From Candidatus Multivorans sp. (GTDB lineage Bacteria; Acidobacteriota; Thermoanaerobaculia; Multivoradales; Multivoraceae): a stretch of DNA of 64,000 bases. Positions 51,987 to 61,747 of this stretch are shown here, piece after piece. Positions within the stretch are counted from its first letter, which is position 1. The number at the start of each line of letters is the position of its first letter. The notes below the pieces were generated by a model. It had not been told where the DNA came from. It was given only the letters and a program-made list of their open reading frames with translations, and ran no database searches. Both the position numbers and the translations under genes were made by a program. The DNA is taken from NCBI GenBank assembly GCA_965247095.1, contig OZ251997.1, forward strand, positions 448,001 through 512,000, written 5' to 3'.

Positions 51987-53603
51987 ATGGCTGAACCGGC
52001 GAGCGCACCGCCGTCCCCGGTCGAGCCCGCCGCCGCCGGGGAGCACGAGACGGTTCTGGTGCTCGATTTCGGCGGCCAGTACACGCAGTTGATCGCCCGC
52101 CGGATCCGGGAGCTCCAGGTTTACTGCGAGATCCATCCCTTCGACCTGGACGTCGACCGGATCCGGGCTCGGCGGCCGATCGGCATCGTGCTCTCGGGAG
52201 GGCCGGACAGCGTCTACGAGCGGAACGCGCCGCAGGCCGACCCGGAGGTTCTCCGGCTGGGCATTCCGGTGCTCGGCATCTGCTACGGGATGCAGTGGAT
52301 GGCTCAGGTCCTCGGCGGCCGGGTCGCGGCGTCGGGCCTGCGGGAGTACGGTCGCACCCAGATCACGCTGCTGGCCAGGAGTGGCGACTTCTTCTCGGGA
52401 CTCGAACCGGAGCAGAACGTGTGGATGTCCCACGGCGACCGGGTCGAGCGACTGCCGCCGGGCTTCGAAGCGACGGCGTCGACGTCCACCGTGCCGGTGG
52501 TGGCGGCTCAGGACCGTGAGCGGTCCCTGTTCGGTATCCAGTTCCATCCCGAGGTCACCCACACCGACAGCGGTCGCGAGATGCTCCGCAACTTCCTGCT
52601 CGACGCCTGCGGCGCCGCGGGGGAGTGGCGCATGGCCTCCTACGCTGACGAGGCGACAGCCGCGATCGAGGCCCAGGTGGGGCCCACGGACCGGGTTCTC
52701 TGTGCGATCTCCGGTGGCGTCGACTCGGCGGTGGCGGCCAGCCTGGTGCAGCGCGCCGTGGGGAAACGGCTGACCGCGGTGTTCGTGGACAACGGGCTGC
52801 TGCGCAAGAACGAACGCAGCGAAGTGGAGCGGCGCCTGCGTCGGGAGCTCGACCTGCGGCTGGTCGTGGTCGACGCCGCCCGGGAGTTTCTCGGCGTCCT
52901 CGCCGGGGTCACCGATCCGGAACAGAAACGCCGGACGATCGGCCGCGTCTTCATCGAGGTGTTTCAGCGCGAGGCGGAGAAGCTGGAGCGGGCCGGGGAA
53001 GGCGCCGGCGCGATTCGCTTCCTGGTTCAGGGCACCCTCTATCCGGACGTGATCGAGTCCGTCTCCGCCTTCGGCCCGTCGGCGATGATCAAGAGCCACC
53101 ACAATGTCGGCGGCCTGCCGGAACGGCTGGGCTTCGAGTTGATCGAGCCGCTGCGCTTCCTGTTCAAGGACGAGGTGCGCAAGCTCGGCCGGGAACTCGG
53201 CCTCGGTTCGGAGTTCGTGGGCCGGCATCCGTTCCCCGGTCCGGGCCTCGGCGTCCGGATTCTGGGCGACGTGACCGCCGATCGGGTGGCGGTGCTGCAG
53301 GAGGCCGACGCGATCTTCATCGAGGAGTTGCGCGCGGCGGGGTTCTACGACCGCGTGAGTCAGGCGCTGGCGGTGCTGCTGCCGGTCCACAGCGTCGGGG
53401 TGATGGGGGACGGCCGCACCTACGAGAACGTCGTCGCCTTGCGGGCGGTCGAGACCGAGGACTTCATGACCGCCGACTGGAGCCAGTTGCCGCACGAGTT
53501 CCTGGGCGGCGTGGCGGGCCGGATCGTGAACGAGGTCGCCGGCGTGAACCGGGTGGTCTACGACCTGACCAGCAAGCCGCCCGGCACGATCGAGTGGGAG
53601 TGA
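51987..53603 (+). CDS. guaA: GMP synthase (glutamine-hydrolysing)
   Basis: Motifs: LDFGGQYTQLIARR, GICYGMQ, QFHPEV, SGGVDS, IKSHHNVGGLP, KPPGTIEWE. Confidence 0.98.
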   Translation: MAEPASAPPSPVEPAAAGEHETVLVLDFGGQYTQLIARRIRELQVYCEIHPFDLDVDRIRARRPIGIVLSGGPDSVYERNAPQADPEVLRLGIPVLGICYGMQWMAQVLGGRVAASGLREYGRTQITLLARSGDFFSGLEPEQNVWMSHGDRVERLPPGFEATASTSTVPVVAAQDRERSLFGIQFHPEVTHTDSGREMLRNFLLDACGAAGEWRMASYADEATAAIEAQVGPTDRVLCAISGGVDSAVAASLVQRAVGKRLTAVFVDNGLLRKNERSEVERRLRRELDLRLVVVDAAREFLGVLAGVTDPEQKRRTIGRVFIEVFQREAEKLERAGEGAGAIRFLVQGTLYPDVIESVSAFGPSAMIKSHHNVGGLPERLGFELIEPLRFLFKDEVRKLGRELGLGSEFVGRHPFPGPGLGVRILGDVTADRVAVLQEADAIFIEELRAAGFYDRVSQALAVLLPVHSVGVMGDGRTYENVVALRAVETEDFMTADWSQLPHEFLGGVAGRIVNEVAGVNRVVYDLTSKPPGTIEWE

Positions 53604-53646
53604 CGGCGACCGCTGGCTGAGGGGCCGTCCTGGAGCGGCGCCCGGT

Positions 53647-54687
53647 TCAACGGTTCGCGATCGGCGCGATCCGGGCCGGGTCCTTGCGCAGCATGCTGGC
53701 GAGCCGCGCCTCCAGGCGGTCCTGCTGGCGCGGCACGGCCTCGGCGCCGCCTCGGGCGACCGGGAGCCAGCCGCCGGCGATCATGCCGTGGCCGCCGCCG
53801 CGGCCGCGGCGCCCGACCAGGCGGCGCATGACCCGGGAGGCGTCCGCTCGGGTGTTCGTGGTGCGGATCGAGCAGTAGACCCGATCCTCGTAGAGGCCGC
53901 TGCACAACGACCAGGTTCGGCCCTCCATGCGCAGCAGCAGATCGGCGATCTCGGGCACGATGTCGGGCTGGGAGACCGCACCGAGCCGGCTCATGACCAG
54001 GGTGTCCACGCCGCGAAGGTTGGCCAGGGCCTCGCGCAGAGTCTCGAAGTAGTTGAGCGGCAGCCGCGGGTTCTGAATCCGGCCCAGCAGGCGGGGCAGG
54101 GCGCGGGCGTTGAAGTGATCGTGGATCAGCCGGTCCGCCTCGTCTGCGCCGCGGGAGAAGTCGAGGGTCTCGCTGCGTATCGCGTAGACGATGGCGGTCG
54201 CTTCGCGGCGGGTCGCCGGAATCCCGGCGGCCAGCAGGTACTCGGCGACGATCGTGGCGGCGGCCGCGTAGTCGTTTCGCAGGTCGCGGAAGGGCGATGC
54301 CGACGTGCGCTTGCGGGGAGGGTGGTGGTCGACCACGACCTCGGGCGCCAGATCGTGAGGGACGGGGCTGTTGCCGGTCGCCGGCTGGCAGTCGACCAGC
54401 GCCACGTAGCGATAGTCCTCCAGTTTCACCTCGCGCGCCGGGGTGAACTGCATGCGGAGCGAGCGCACCATCTCCTGGTTCTCGGCCCGGCCGATGATGC
54501 CCCGGTAGGCGGCGGTGGCGCGGCGCTGGAACCCGGAGTGGAGGACCTTCGCCAGAATCGTCGCCGCGGTCAGGGCGTCCGGGTCCGGGTTGTCATGGGT
54601 GAGGACGAGCCAGCGCCCGCGCGGATCCGTGCTCTCGATGTGGCTGCGGAACGCGGCGAAGCGGTTTCGGGCCAGCTCACTCAGCAT
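53647..54687 (-). CDS. DHH/DHHA1-family phosphoesterase
   Basis: Motifs: THDNPDPDA, VD, VDHH, GGGH. Start at 54687 (TAGCAT 7 nt upstream) or 54696. Confidence 0.9.
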   Translation of the reverse strand: MLSELARNRFAAFRSHIESTDPRGRWLVLTHDNPDPDALTAATILAKVLHSGFQRRATAAYRGIIGRAENQEMVRSLRMQFTPAREVKLEDYRYVALVDCQPATGNSPVPHDLAPEVVVDHHPPRKRTSASPFRDLRNDYAAAATIVAEYLLAAGIPATRREATAIVYAIRSETLDFSRGADEADRLIHDHFNARALPRLLGRIQNPRLPLNYFETLREALANLRGVDTLVMSRLGAVSQPDIVPEIADLLLRMEGRTWSLCSGLYEDRVYCSIRTTNTRADASRVMRRLVGRRGRGGGHGMIAGGWLPVARGGAEAVPRQQDRLEARLASMLRKDPARIAPIANR

Positions 54688-54770
54688 CCCATCCATGCTA
54701 GCGCCGCGGGTCGCCGGGCGCGCCGGCCCGCTGGCCGGCATCGAGGCGATGCAGCGTAGGATGCCCACCC

Positions 54771-55571
54771 ATGATCTCGGAGTTGTTCCATGTCGGCCCG
54801 CTGTCGGTTTCGCCCTTCGGGCTGATGCTCGTGGCCGCTCTGTTCATCGGCCACCTGCAGTTGCGGTGGGGCCTCCGGCGGGTGGGCTCGAGCGCGGCGC
54901 GGGCCGCCGACGACGCCGCGGCGATTCTGCTGGCGGCCGCCCTCGGCGGCATCGCCGGCGGCAAGGCCTACTACGCGTTGCTCTACGGCGATTGGCGTCT
55001 GCTCTACAGCCGCGCCGGCCTGGTCTGGTACGGCGGCTTCCTGGTCGGGGCGGCGGCGGTTCTGTTCGTCATCCATCGTCGCCGGATGCCTGCGTGGCGG
55101 ACCGCCGATGCCGCGGCGCCGGCGCTGGCGCTGGGCTACGGCATCGGCCGCATCGGTTGCCTGCTCGTCGGCGACGACTACGGCGCGCCGACGGACCTGC
55201 CCTGGGGAATGACCTTTCCGGAGGGCCCCATCCCCACGGTGGCGAGCGCCCTGCAGCGGGAGTTCGGCGTCGATCTTCCCGCCGGCGTGGCGCCGGACGC
55301 CCTGGTCGCGGTGCATCCCACCCAGCTCTACGAGACTCTGACCGCGCTGTTCATCTTCTGGTTGGGCCGGATGCTCCTGGTGCGGGGCACCGCCGCCGGC
55401 GGCGTCGTGCTGCCGGTCATCGGACTGCTGTCGGTGGAACGCTTCCTGGTCGAGTTCCTGCGCGCCAAGGACGATCGCTTCGTCGGAGCGCTGACCCTGG
55501 CGCAGTTGATCGCGGCCGCGCTCCTGCTTCTGGTCGTTCTGTTATGGCTGCGCCGCCGCCGCGCGTCCTGA
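54771..55571 (+). CDS. lgt: Prolipoprotein diacylglyceryl transferase
   Basis: Motifs: GLVWYGG, GRIGCLLVGDDYG, HPTQLYE, RFLVEFLR. Confidence 0.94.
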   Translation: MISELFHVGPLSVSPFGLMLVAALFIGHLQLRWGLRRVGSSAARAADDAAAILLAAALGGIAGGKAYYALLYGDWRLLYSRAGLVWYGGFLVGAAAVLFVIHRRRMPAWRTADAAAPALALGYGIGRIGCLLVGDDYGAPTDLPWGMTFPEGPIPTVASALQREFGVDLPAGVAPDALVAVHPTQLYETLTALFIFWLGRMLLVRGTAAGGVVLPVIGLLSVERFLVEFLRAKDDRFVGALTLAQLIAAALLLLVVLLWLRRRRAS

Positions 55572-56386
55572 CCATCGCCGGCTCGGACTCCGGGGGCTGC
55601 TCGGGGGTGCCGGCGGATCTGCGGACCTTTGCGGCCTACGGGGTTCACGGCATGTGCGCCCTCACCGCGGTCACGGCCCAGACCGCGGGCGAGGTGCGGG
55701 CTGTTGAACCGGTGGGTACCGAGCTGCTGCGCCGGCAGTTGGAGGCGGCTGCCGAGATCGGCATCGACGCGATCAAGATCGGCATGCTCGCCGATGCGGC
55801 TACCGTCGAGGCGGTCGCGGACTGGTTGGAGACGCTGCCGCCGACGCCGGCGGTGTTGGACCCGGTGTTCCGGTCGACGTCGGGCGCGGCGCTTCTGGAA
55901 GCGGCTGCTCTCCCCCTGGTCGTGGAGCGGCTGCTGCCGAGACTGCTGCTGGTGACGCCGAACTTGTTCGAAGCGGAGAGGCTGAGCGGCATGGCGATCG
56001 GGGGCCCGGAGGATGCCCGCGTTGCCGCGCGGCGCATCGAGCGGATGGGGCCGTGTGTCCTGATCACCGGAGGCCACGGCTACTCGGCCGCGGCGGGGCC
56101 GCCTGACTGCGGCAACGGCGGCGAACTGACCGATCTCCTGTTCGACGGGAATCGGTTCGAGGCTTTCGTCCACCCCAGGATCCGAACCCCCTGGCGGCGC
56201 GGCACGGGCTGCACGCTGTCGGCGGCCATCGCGGCGGGTCTTGGCTGGCACATGCCGATCGAGCGGGCGGTGCGGCGGGCGGTCGCCTTCGTCGAGCGGG
56301 CGCTGCGGGGATCGTACCCTCTGGGCCGGAGCGATCGCCACGGCACTCTCGACCCGATGGCGGGGCATCGGGGCCGTCGCCTATAA
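55544..56386 (+). CDS. thiD: Hydroxymethylpyrimidine/phosphomethylpyrimidine kinase
   Basis: Motifs: LTIAGSDSGG, KIGML, LDPV, TPNLFEA, GTGCTLSAAIAA. Confidence 0.93.
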   Translation: MAAPPPRVLTIAGSDSGGCSGVPADLRTFAAYGVHGMCALTAVTAQTAGEVRAVEPVGTELLRRQLEAAAEIGIDAIKIGMLADAATVEAVADWLETLPPTPAVLDPVFRSTSGAALLEAAALPLVVERLLPRLLLVTPNLFEAERLSGMAIGGPEDARVAARRIERMGPCVLITGGHGYSAAAGPPDCGNGGELTDLLFDGNRFEAFVHPRIRTPWRRGTGCTLSAAIAAGLGWHMPIERAVRRAVAFVERALRGSYPLGRSDRHGTLDPMAGHRGRRL

Positions 56387-56396
56387 TCGGCAGTCC

Positions 56397-58181
56397 ATGG
56401 ATCGACCATTCCACCAGACGCCGCTTCTATCCACCGTCGCCTTGACCGCCGGGTTGCTGCTGATCGGGGCGGTCGCCGTTCCGGCGCAGGAGAGTCCCTC
56501 CCAGGCGCCCTCTCAGACGCCTCGCGCCACCTTCGAGGAATCCGTCCACGTCAAGGTCGTGAACGTCCAGGTCTTTGTCCGCGACAAGGAGGGCAACCCG
56601 GTCACCGGCCTGACCCGGAAGGACTTCGTTCTGCGGGAGGAGAAGGACCCGGTCGCGATCACGAACTTCTACGAAGTCCAGGATCGGGTCAAGGTAAGCG
56701 ACGTTCCCGGCCTGGTGCTGGACGAACCCGAAGTCCGGTTCGTCGATCGGCCGGGACTGGAGCGCCGCGGTCGCGTGGTGCCCGAGGACGAGCGCCTCAG
56801 CCTGGTGATCTACATCGATCACCTGAACATCCGGCCCCAGAACCGCAACCGGGTGTTCCGGTATGTGCGCGAGTTCCTGCGCAAGGACGTGACGCGAGAC
56901 GACCGGGTCATGCTCTTGAGCTACAACCGCTCGGTGAAGGTCGAGCGGGACTTCACCACCGATCCGCAGATGATCGCGAACGCTCTCTATGAACTCGAGA
57001 GGCACACCGGCGGCAGGACGCAGTGGGACTCGGACCGCGCCGACATCATCCGCGACATCGGCGAGGAGGACCGCCACTACGAGTACGTGCAGGGCCGCGT
57101 TCGGATCTACGCGCAGTCGATCTTCAACGACATGCAGTTCACCATCGACGGGCTGAAGGACACCGTCATCTCGCTGGCCGGCCTGCCCGGCCGCAAGGCC
57201 TTCATGTACGTTTCGGACGGTCTGCCGATGCGGGCGGGCGCGGACATGTTCGAGGCGCTCGATCAGCGTGGCCGGTCGGTGGACTCGGGGAGCTACAACC
57301 AGAACTTCTTCCTCGATTCGCTCCAGTACGACTCGAGCCGGCGCTTCTCGGACCTGGTCGACGCCGCGAACGCGAACGAAGTCTCCTTCTACACCGTCGT
57401 CGCGGCGGGGCCGATGGGCATCAACTCGCGCGACGCCTCCATGCAGGGCATGGCGTTCTCGTCCAACATCGACTCGGTGGCCAGGGACAACGTGCACTCG
57501 TCGGTCATGTACATGGCCGATGAGACCGGCGGTCAGTACATCGTGAACACGAACAACTTCCGCGACGGCCTGAACCGCATCGCCCTCGACTTCACGAGCT
57601 ACTACTCGCTCGGCTTCCAGCCCGGTCATGCGGGCACCGGCCGAAAGTACAGGCTCAACGTCGAGTTGACCGACGAGGCGAAGAGGCGGCTGGGGTTGAA
57701 ACGGGACCGGTTCGTGAGGCATCGGCTGAGCTATCGCGACAAGTCGATCGATATGGAGATGACCGAGGGGACCCTGGCGGCGCTCAAGCTCGGTTACGAG
57801 AAGAACGATCTGGACATCACACTGGTCAAGGCGGACGAGATTCGTCGTGAGGAGCAGGGGCTCTACACCGTCCACCTCGATGTGCGGGTGCCGATCGGCG
57901 AGATGACGCTGGTCCCGGTGGGTACCGTCGGAGACCACCTCCTGCGGGCGCGGGTCTGGGTGCAGGCCCTGGCGTCGAACGGCGACATCTCGTCTCCCCA
58001 GGTCGAGCCGTTCGAACTCACCATCCCGGCCGAGGATCTGGAGCGTGCGCGGGAGAGCTTCTACACCTACACGTTGCCGTTGATCATGAAGGAGGGCGAT
58101 CAACGCCTGACGATCGCGGTGCGGGACGAGGTGGCCGGCCAGACTTCCTTTATCACCCGAACCCTGCGAATCGGCGCCTGA
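56397..58181 (+). CDS. VWA domain-containing protein (acidobacterial VWFA-related)
   Basis: Signal peptide, VNVQVFVRDKEGNPVTGLT..DF, LPGRKA..VSDG, ADETGG, YYSLGF. TATAAT 9 nt upstream. Confidence 0.88.
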   Translation: MDRPFHQTPLLSTVALTAGLLLIGAVAVPAQESPSQAPSQTPRATFEESVHVKVVNVQVFVRDKEGNPVTGLTRKDFVLREEKDPVAITNFYEVQDRVKVSDVPGLVLDEPEVRFVDRPGLERRGRVVPEDERLSLVIYIDHLNIRPQNRNRVFRYVREFLRKDVTRDDRVMLLSYNRSVKVERDFTTDPQMIANALYELERHTGGRTQWDSDRADIIRDIGEEDRHYEYVQGRVRIYAQSIFNDMQFTIDGLKDTVISLAGLPGRKAFMYVSDGLPMRAGADMFEALDQRGRSVDSGSYNQNFFLDSLQYDSSRRFSDLVDAANANEVSFYTVVAAGPMGINSRDASMQGMAFSSNIDSVARDNVHSSVMYMADETGGQYIVNTNNFRDGLNRIALDFTSYYSLGFQPGHAGTGRKYRLNVELTDEAKRRLGLKRDRFVRHRLSYRDKSIDMEMTEGTLAALKLGYEKNDLDITLVKADEIRREEQGLYTVHLDVRVPIGEMTLVPVGTVGDHLLRARVWVQALASNGDISSPQVEPFELTIPAEDLERARESFYTYTLPLIMKEGDQRLTIAVRDEVAGQTSFITRTLRIGA

Positions 58182-58209
58182 CCAGCGTCTGACCGGGGCG
58201 TTACGGGTA

Positions 58210-58249
58210 GGCTGCCTGGAGGCTGACCCGGGGGCTGCCTGGAGGCTGA
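58210..58249 (+). repeat. 17-bp direct repeat containing GGAGG
   Basis: GGCTGCCTGGAGGCTGA at 58210-58226 and 58233-58249. Confidence 0.85.
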
Positions 58250-58253
58250 GCCG

Positions 58254-58721
58254 TTGAAGACCACGAAGATCGTCGAGTCGTTGAGCGTGTTGAGTGGGCT
58301 GGGAGGTGCTCTGGCGCGTTCCGCCGCGGCCCTGCTCGAAGCGGAAGTGGATCAACTGCGCTTCGACCTGGCGCGGAACTGGCGCCGTTTTCTGGGCCTC
58401 GTTCTGCTTGCGGGACTGGTGTTCGGCGTCGTCTTCTGGGCCCTCGGCGCGCTCCTCTTCGCGGCCGGCGCTGCCCTCGCGAATGTGCTGCCACTCTGGG
58501 CGGCCGCGCTGGCGGTCGCCATCGGCCTGCTGGCGCTGGCGCTGATTCTGCTCTGGATCGTCCGTGTCAGGGCGCGCCGTCTCGAATCGCCCGTCGGTAC
58601 CGTGAAGCGCCGCGTCGGCAGTCAACTGGCGTTCTGGCGGGACCTTCTGGATGAGGCCCTCGGCAAGAGCGACACGGCTTCGGATCGGGATCCCGACGAG
58701 TCGTCGGGAGGCGGATCGTGA
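58254..58721 (+). CDS. Phage_holin_3_6/YhjD-YqjE-like membrane protein
   Basis: LLEAEVDQLRFDL followed by two TM helices with LPLWAAAL. Confidence 0.7.
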   Translation: MKTTKIVESLSVLSGLGGALARSAAALLEAEVDQLRFDLARNWRRFLGLVLLAGLVFGVVFWALGALLFAAGAALANVLPLWAAALAVAIGLLALALILLWIVRVRARRLESPVGTVKRRVGSQLAFWRDLLDEALGKSDTASDRDPDESSGGGS

Positions 58722-58936
58722 GCCGCCGGTCGGAGGCGCGCCAGAGGGCGGCTCTGCTGGCGCGCCGGCGTGACGACACGAGAGAGGCCCTGGGGCAGGT
58801 CCGCAGGGCTCTCGGTGACGTGGGCGGGACCGACCTGAGCCGGGTCCGCACAGGGACAGCCTGGGTGTTTCTCGTGGCGGCCGGGGCTGTCGGGATCGCG
58901 ATCGCGTGGTCGCTCAGACGGTTCAGGAACAGGTGA
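58718..58936 (+). CDS. Small tail-anchored hypothetical protein (YqjK/DUF3618-like)
   Basis: GTGA coupling to the upstream gene, helical N-terminus, C-terminal TM segment with basic tail. Confidence 0.6.
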   Translation: MSRRSEARQRAALLARRRDDTREALGQVRRALGDVGGTDLSRVRTGTAWVFLVAAGAVGIAIAWSLRRFRNR

Positions 58937-58951
58937 GGACCCTGTCGGGCG

Positions 58952-59722
58952 ATGGTCGCGCATCCTGTCGACTGCGCGGGTGTCCGGGGGGCGCCTGACC
59001 TGCGGTCCGCCGGCGCGTCTGCACGGCGGCTGCTGCTCTTCGCCAAGGCGCCGGTTCCCGGCGACGTGAAGACCCGGTTGGTCGTTCCAGGCGGTCTGAC
59101 CGCCAGTCAGGCCGCTTCGCTGCACGCCGCCCTGGTTGCCGACCTGAGCCGGCGACTCGAAGCCGGCCGCTGGGATCTGGTTCTGATGTGGTCGTTGTCG
59201 CGGGGGGATGATCCGCCTGCGGGCCTGGCGCCTGCGCGCGTGCCCTGGCGGCGGCAGCGCGGTGGCGACCTGGGCGAGCGGCTCTACCGCGGGCTGAAAT
59301 GGGCGGCGTCCGGCGCCGGATACGCGGCGGCGGTCGGCAGCGACCACCCCGACCTCGATCCAGCGCGGGTGGAAACGGCGTTCGATCTTCTTGCAGCCGG
59401 GCGCGACGCGGTCCTGGGTCCGGCTCGGGACGGTGGCTACTACCTGATCGCCCTGCGGCGCGAGGCGGTAGACCGTCGGTTGTTCGATGGACTGGCCTGG
59501 AGCACGCCGGCGGTGCTTCCCGAGACCCTGTCGCGCTGCCGCGAGTTGGGGCTGGATGTGGCCCTCCTGCCGGAAGGGGAGGACCTCGACACGGTGGACG
59601 ATCTGGCTCGATTTCAGGACGCTGTCGAACGCCGGCCCGAGTTGCGGTCTCTGTGCCCGCGAACCGCCGAGGTGGTCGCGTCCTGGTCCCGGTGTCCACC
59701 GGCAACGGAGGGCCAGGGGTGA
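58952..59722 (+). CDS. DUF2064/TIGR04282-family glycosyltransferase-like protein
   Basis: Motifs: FAKAPVPGDVKTRL, QRGGDLGERL, GSDHPDL, LGPARDGGYYLI, DLDTVDDL. Confidence 0.9.
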   Translation: MVAHPVDCAGVRGAPDLRSAGASARRLLLFAKAPVPGDVKTRLVVPGGLTASQAASLHAALVADLSRRLEAGRWDLVLMWSLSRGDDPPAGLAPARVPWRRQRGGDLGERLYRGLKWAASGAGYAAAVGSDHPDLDPARVETAFDLLAAGRDAVLGPARDGGYYLIALRREAVDRRLFDGLAWSTPAVLPETLSRCRELGLDVALLPEGEDLDTVDDLARFQDAVERRPELRSLCPRTAEVVASWSRCPPATEGQG

Positions 59723-61272
59723 GAGTCGTCACCACCGAGGAGATGCGGTCGGTCGAAGCCGCGGCGATCTCCAGCCTGAGCGTGCCGGCGCTGGTCTTGA
59801 TGGAGAACGCGGCCCGCGCCACTGCGGACGCCATTGCCGAGTGCTATCCGCGCGCGCGCCGTGTGGCCATCGCCTGCGGCCGGGGCAACAACGGCGGCGA
59901 CGGTCTGGCCTTGCTGCGCGATTTGACGACGCGGGGGTACGAAGCGACCGCCTTCATCGCCGGGCCGCTCGACAGGCTCAGCCTCGAAGCGACGCAACAG
60001 TTCGTGTCCTGCGAACAGCTCGGGCTGTCACTACGAGTGGTGACCGAGCCCGCCAAGTGCGACGCGGTGGGTGGAGAGGTCGACCTCTGGGTCGACGCGC
60101 TGCTCGGCACAGGGCTGAATCGGCCCGTCGAGGGCCCGGTGGCCCGCTGGGTCGACTGGCTGTGCAAGCGGCGCGGAGACGTTCCACTGGTCTCGGTCGA
60201 CCTGCCGACCGGGCTCGACGCCTCCGCGGCCGCGCCGCCTGGACCCCACGTCGTCGCCGACCTCACCGTGGCTCTCGGCTTTCCCAAGGTTGCGAACGTG
60301 CTGGCGCCCGCCTCCGACGCTGGCGGCCGGCTCCGGATCGGCGATCTCGGTGTGCCGCTGCCCGAACCGCCGCCGGGGCCCGAGGCTCTCTACCAGTCGC
60401 GGCGGGAGGATCTGGTGGGCCGCCTCGGAACGCGCCCGCTCGATGGCCACAAGGGAACGTTCGGCCATGTCGTCGTTGCCGGCGGAGCGAGCGGCTACAG
60501 CGGGGCCGTGGTCCTGGCGGCGCGCGCGGCGGTCCGGAGCGGCGCCGGGCTGGTGACGGCGGCCGTGCCGGAACACCTCGTCCATGTGGTCGACGCCGGG
60601 TCGATCGAGTCGATGACCCTGGGCCTGCCCTCGGAGCGCGGCGGCTGGTCGCGGGACGCGGTGGAGCCGTTGCTGCAGGCGATCGTCGAGCGCGCTTCGC
60701 CGGGCGCGTTGGCGCTGGGCCCGGGCCTCGGCCTGAGCGACGATGCCCGTGTTCTTGCCCGGCAGGTCCTGGCCCGGAGTGGAGCGCCCGTCGTCCTCGA
60801 TGCGGACGGCATCTCTGCCTTCGCCGGCGACGCGCGGGCGCTCCAGGCGCGCGACGCGGACCTCGTGATCACACCCCATCCCGGTGAGCTGGCGCGCCTG
60901 TTGGGCGTCGCGACCGATGCCGTCGTGAACGACCGCTGGGGACATGCGCGGCGGGCGGCTCGAGAAACCGGCGCCGTGGTCGTCCTCAAGGGCCGCCAGA
61001 CGCTGATCTCGGACCCCGCCCTCGGCACCTGGGTGAACCCGACCGGCAACCCGGGCATGGCCTCAGGGGGCAGTGGCGACGTGCTGACCGGCGTGGTTGC
61101 GGCGCTTCTCGCCCAGGGACTGGAACCGCCTTCCGCGGCGAGGTTGGGCGTCTACGTTCATGGCCTGGCGGGCGACCGGGCCGCCGCAACCTGGGGTGAG
61201 ACGTCGATGGCCGCTTCGGACCTGGTGGATGAACTCGGCTCGGCGTTCAAGTCGCTGGCCGGCCCGGAATGA
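59719..61272 (+). CDS. nnr: Bifunctional NAD(P)H-hydrate epimerase/dehydratase
   Basis: Motifs: LMENA, CGRGNNGGDG, DALLGTG, HKGTFG, LDADG, TPHPGE, GMASGGSGDVL. Confidence 0.95.
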   Translation: MRVVTTEEMRSVEAAAISSLSVPALVLMENAARATADAIAECYPRARRVAIACGRGNNGGDGLALLRDLTTRGYEATAFIAGPLDRLSLEATQQFVSCEQLGLSLRVVTEPAKCDAVGGEVDLWVDALLGTGLNRPVEGPVARWVDWLCKRRGDVPLVSVDLPTGLDASAAAPPGPHVVADLTVALGFPKVANVLAPASDAGGRLRIGDLGVPLPEPPPGPEALYQSRREDLVGRLGTRPLDGHKGTFGHVVVAGGASGYSGAVVLAARAAVRSGAGLVTAAVPEHLVHVVDAGSIESMTLGLPSERGGWSRDAVEPLLQAIVERASPGALALGPGLGLSDDARVLARQVLARSGAPVVLDADGISAFAGDARALQARDADLVITPHPGELARLLGVATDAVVNDRWGHARRAARETGAVVVLKGRQTLISDPALGTWVNPTGNPGMASGGSGDVLTGVVAALLAQGLEPPSAARLGVYVHGLAGDRAAATWGETSMAASDLVDELGSAFKSLAGPE

Positions 61273-61709
61273 TCGTCCGCACCGGGAGCGCCGACGAGAC
61301 CCGGAGGTTGGGGGTCGAGCTCGCCGAACGGCTGAGGCCGGATGGCATCGCACTCCTGTTCGGCGACCTGGGTTCCGGCAAGACGGTCCTGACCCAGGGT
61401 ATAGCCGAGGGCCTGGGGCTCGACGCGGGGCAGATCCAGTCGCCGACCTTCACGCTGATTCACGAGCACGACCGCGGCCCGGCGCGGCTGGTCCATGTCG
61501 ACCTCTATCGACTGCAGCCGGAGGAGGTCGAGGGGATCGGGTTGGAGGAGTTGTTTGCAGGGGACGGCGTCAAGGTCGTCGAGTGGGCCGAGCGCCTGCC
61601 GTACCGCGTGCCGGCGATGGACGTCCGGTTGGAGGTCGGTCGTGAACCGGGGCAGCGGAGGATCGAGGTAACCGTTGCTAGAGTCCCGCCCCGGAGCCAG
61701 GGCGGCTGA
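61269..61709 (+). CDS. tsaE: tRNA threonylcarbamoyladenosine biosynthesis ATPase
   Basis: Motifs: GDLGSGKT, SPTFTL, HVDLYRL, VEW. Confidence 0.96.
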   Translation: MIVRTGSADETRRLGVELAERLRPDGIALLFGDLGSGKTVLTQGIAEGLGLDAGQIQSPTFTLIHEHDRGPARLVHVDLYRLQPEEVEGIGLEELFAGDGVKVVEWAERLPYRVPAMDVRLEVGREPGQRRIEVTVARVPPRSQGG

Positions 61710-61747
61710 CGCCGCGGACCTACAAGAGGAAGCGAGAAGAGAGTTCC

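Noticed and set aside
58254-58936. Holin as evidence of a prophage
   Set aside because: This family is commonly chromosomal, and no phage genes are nearby.
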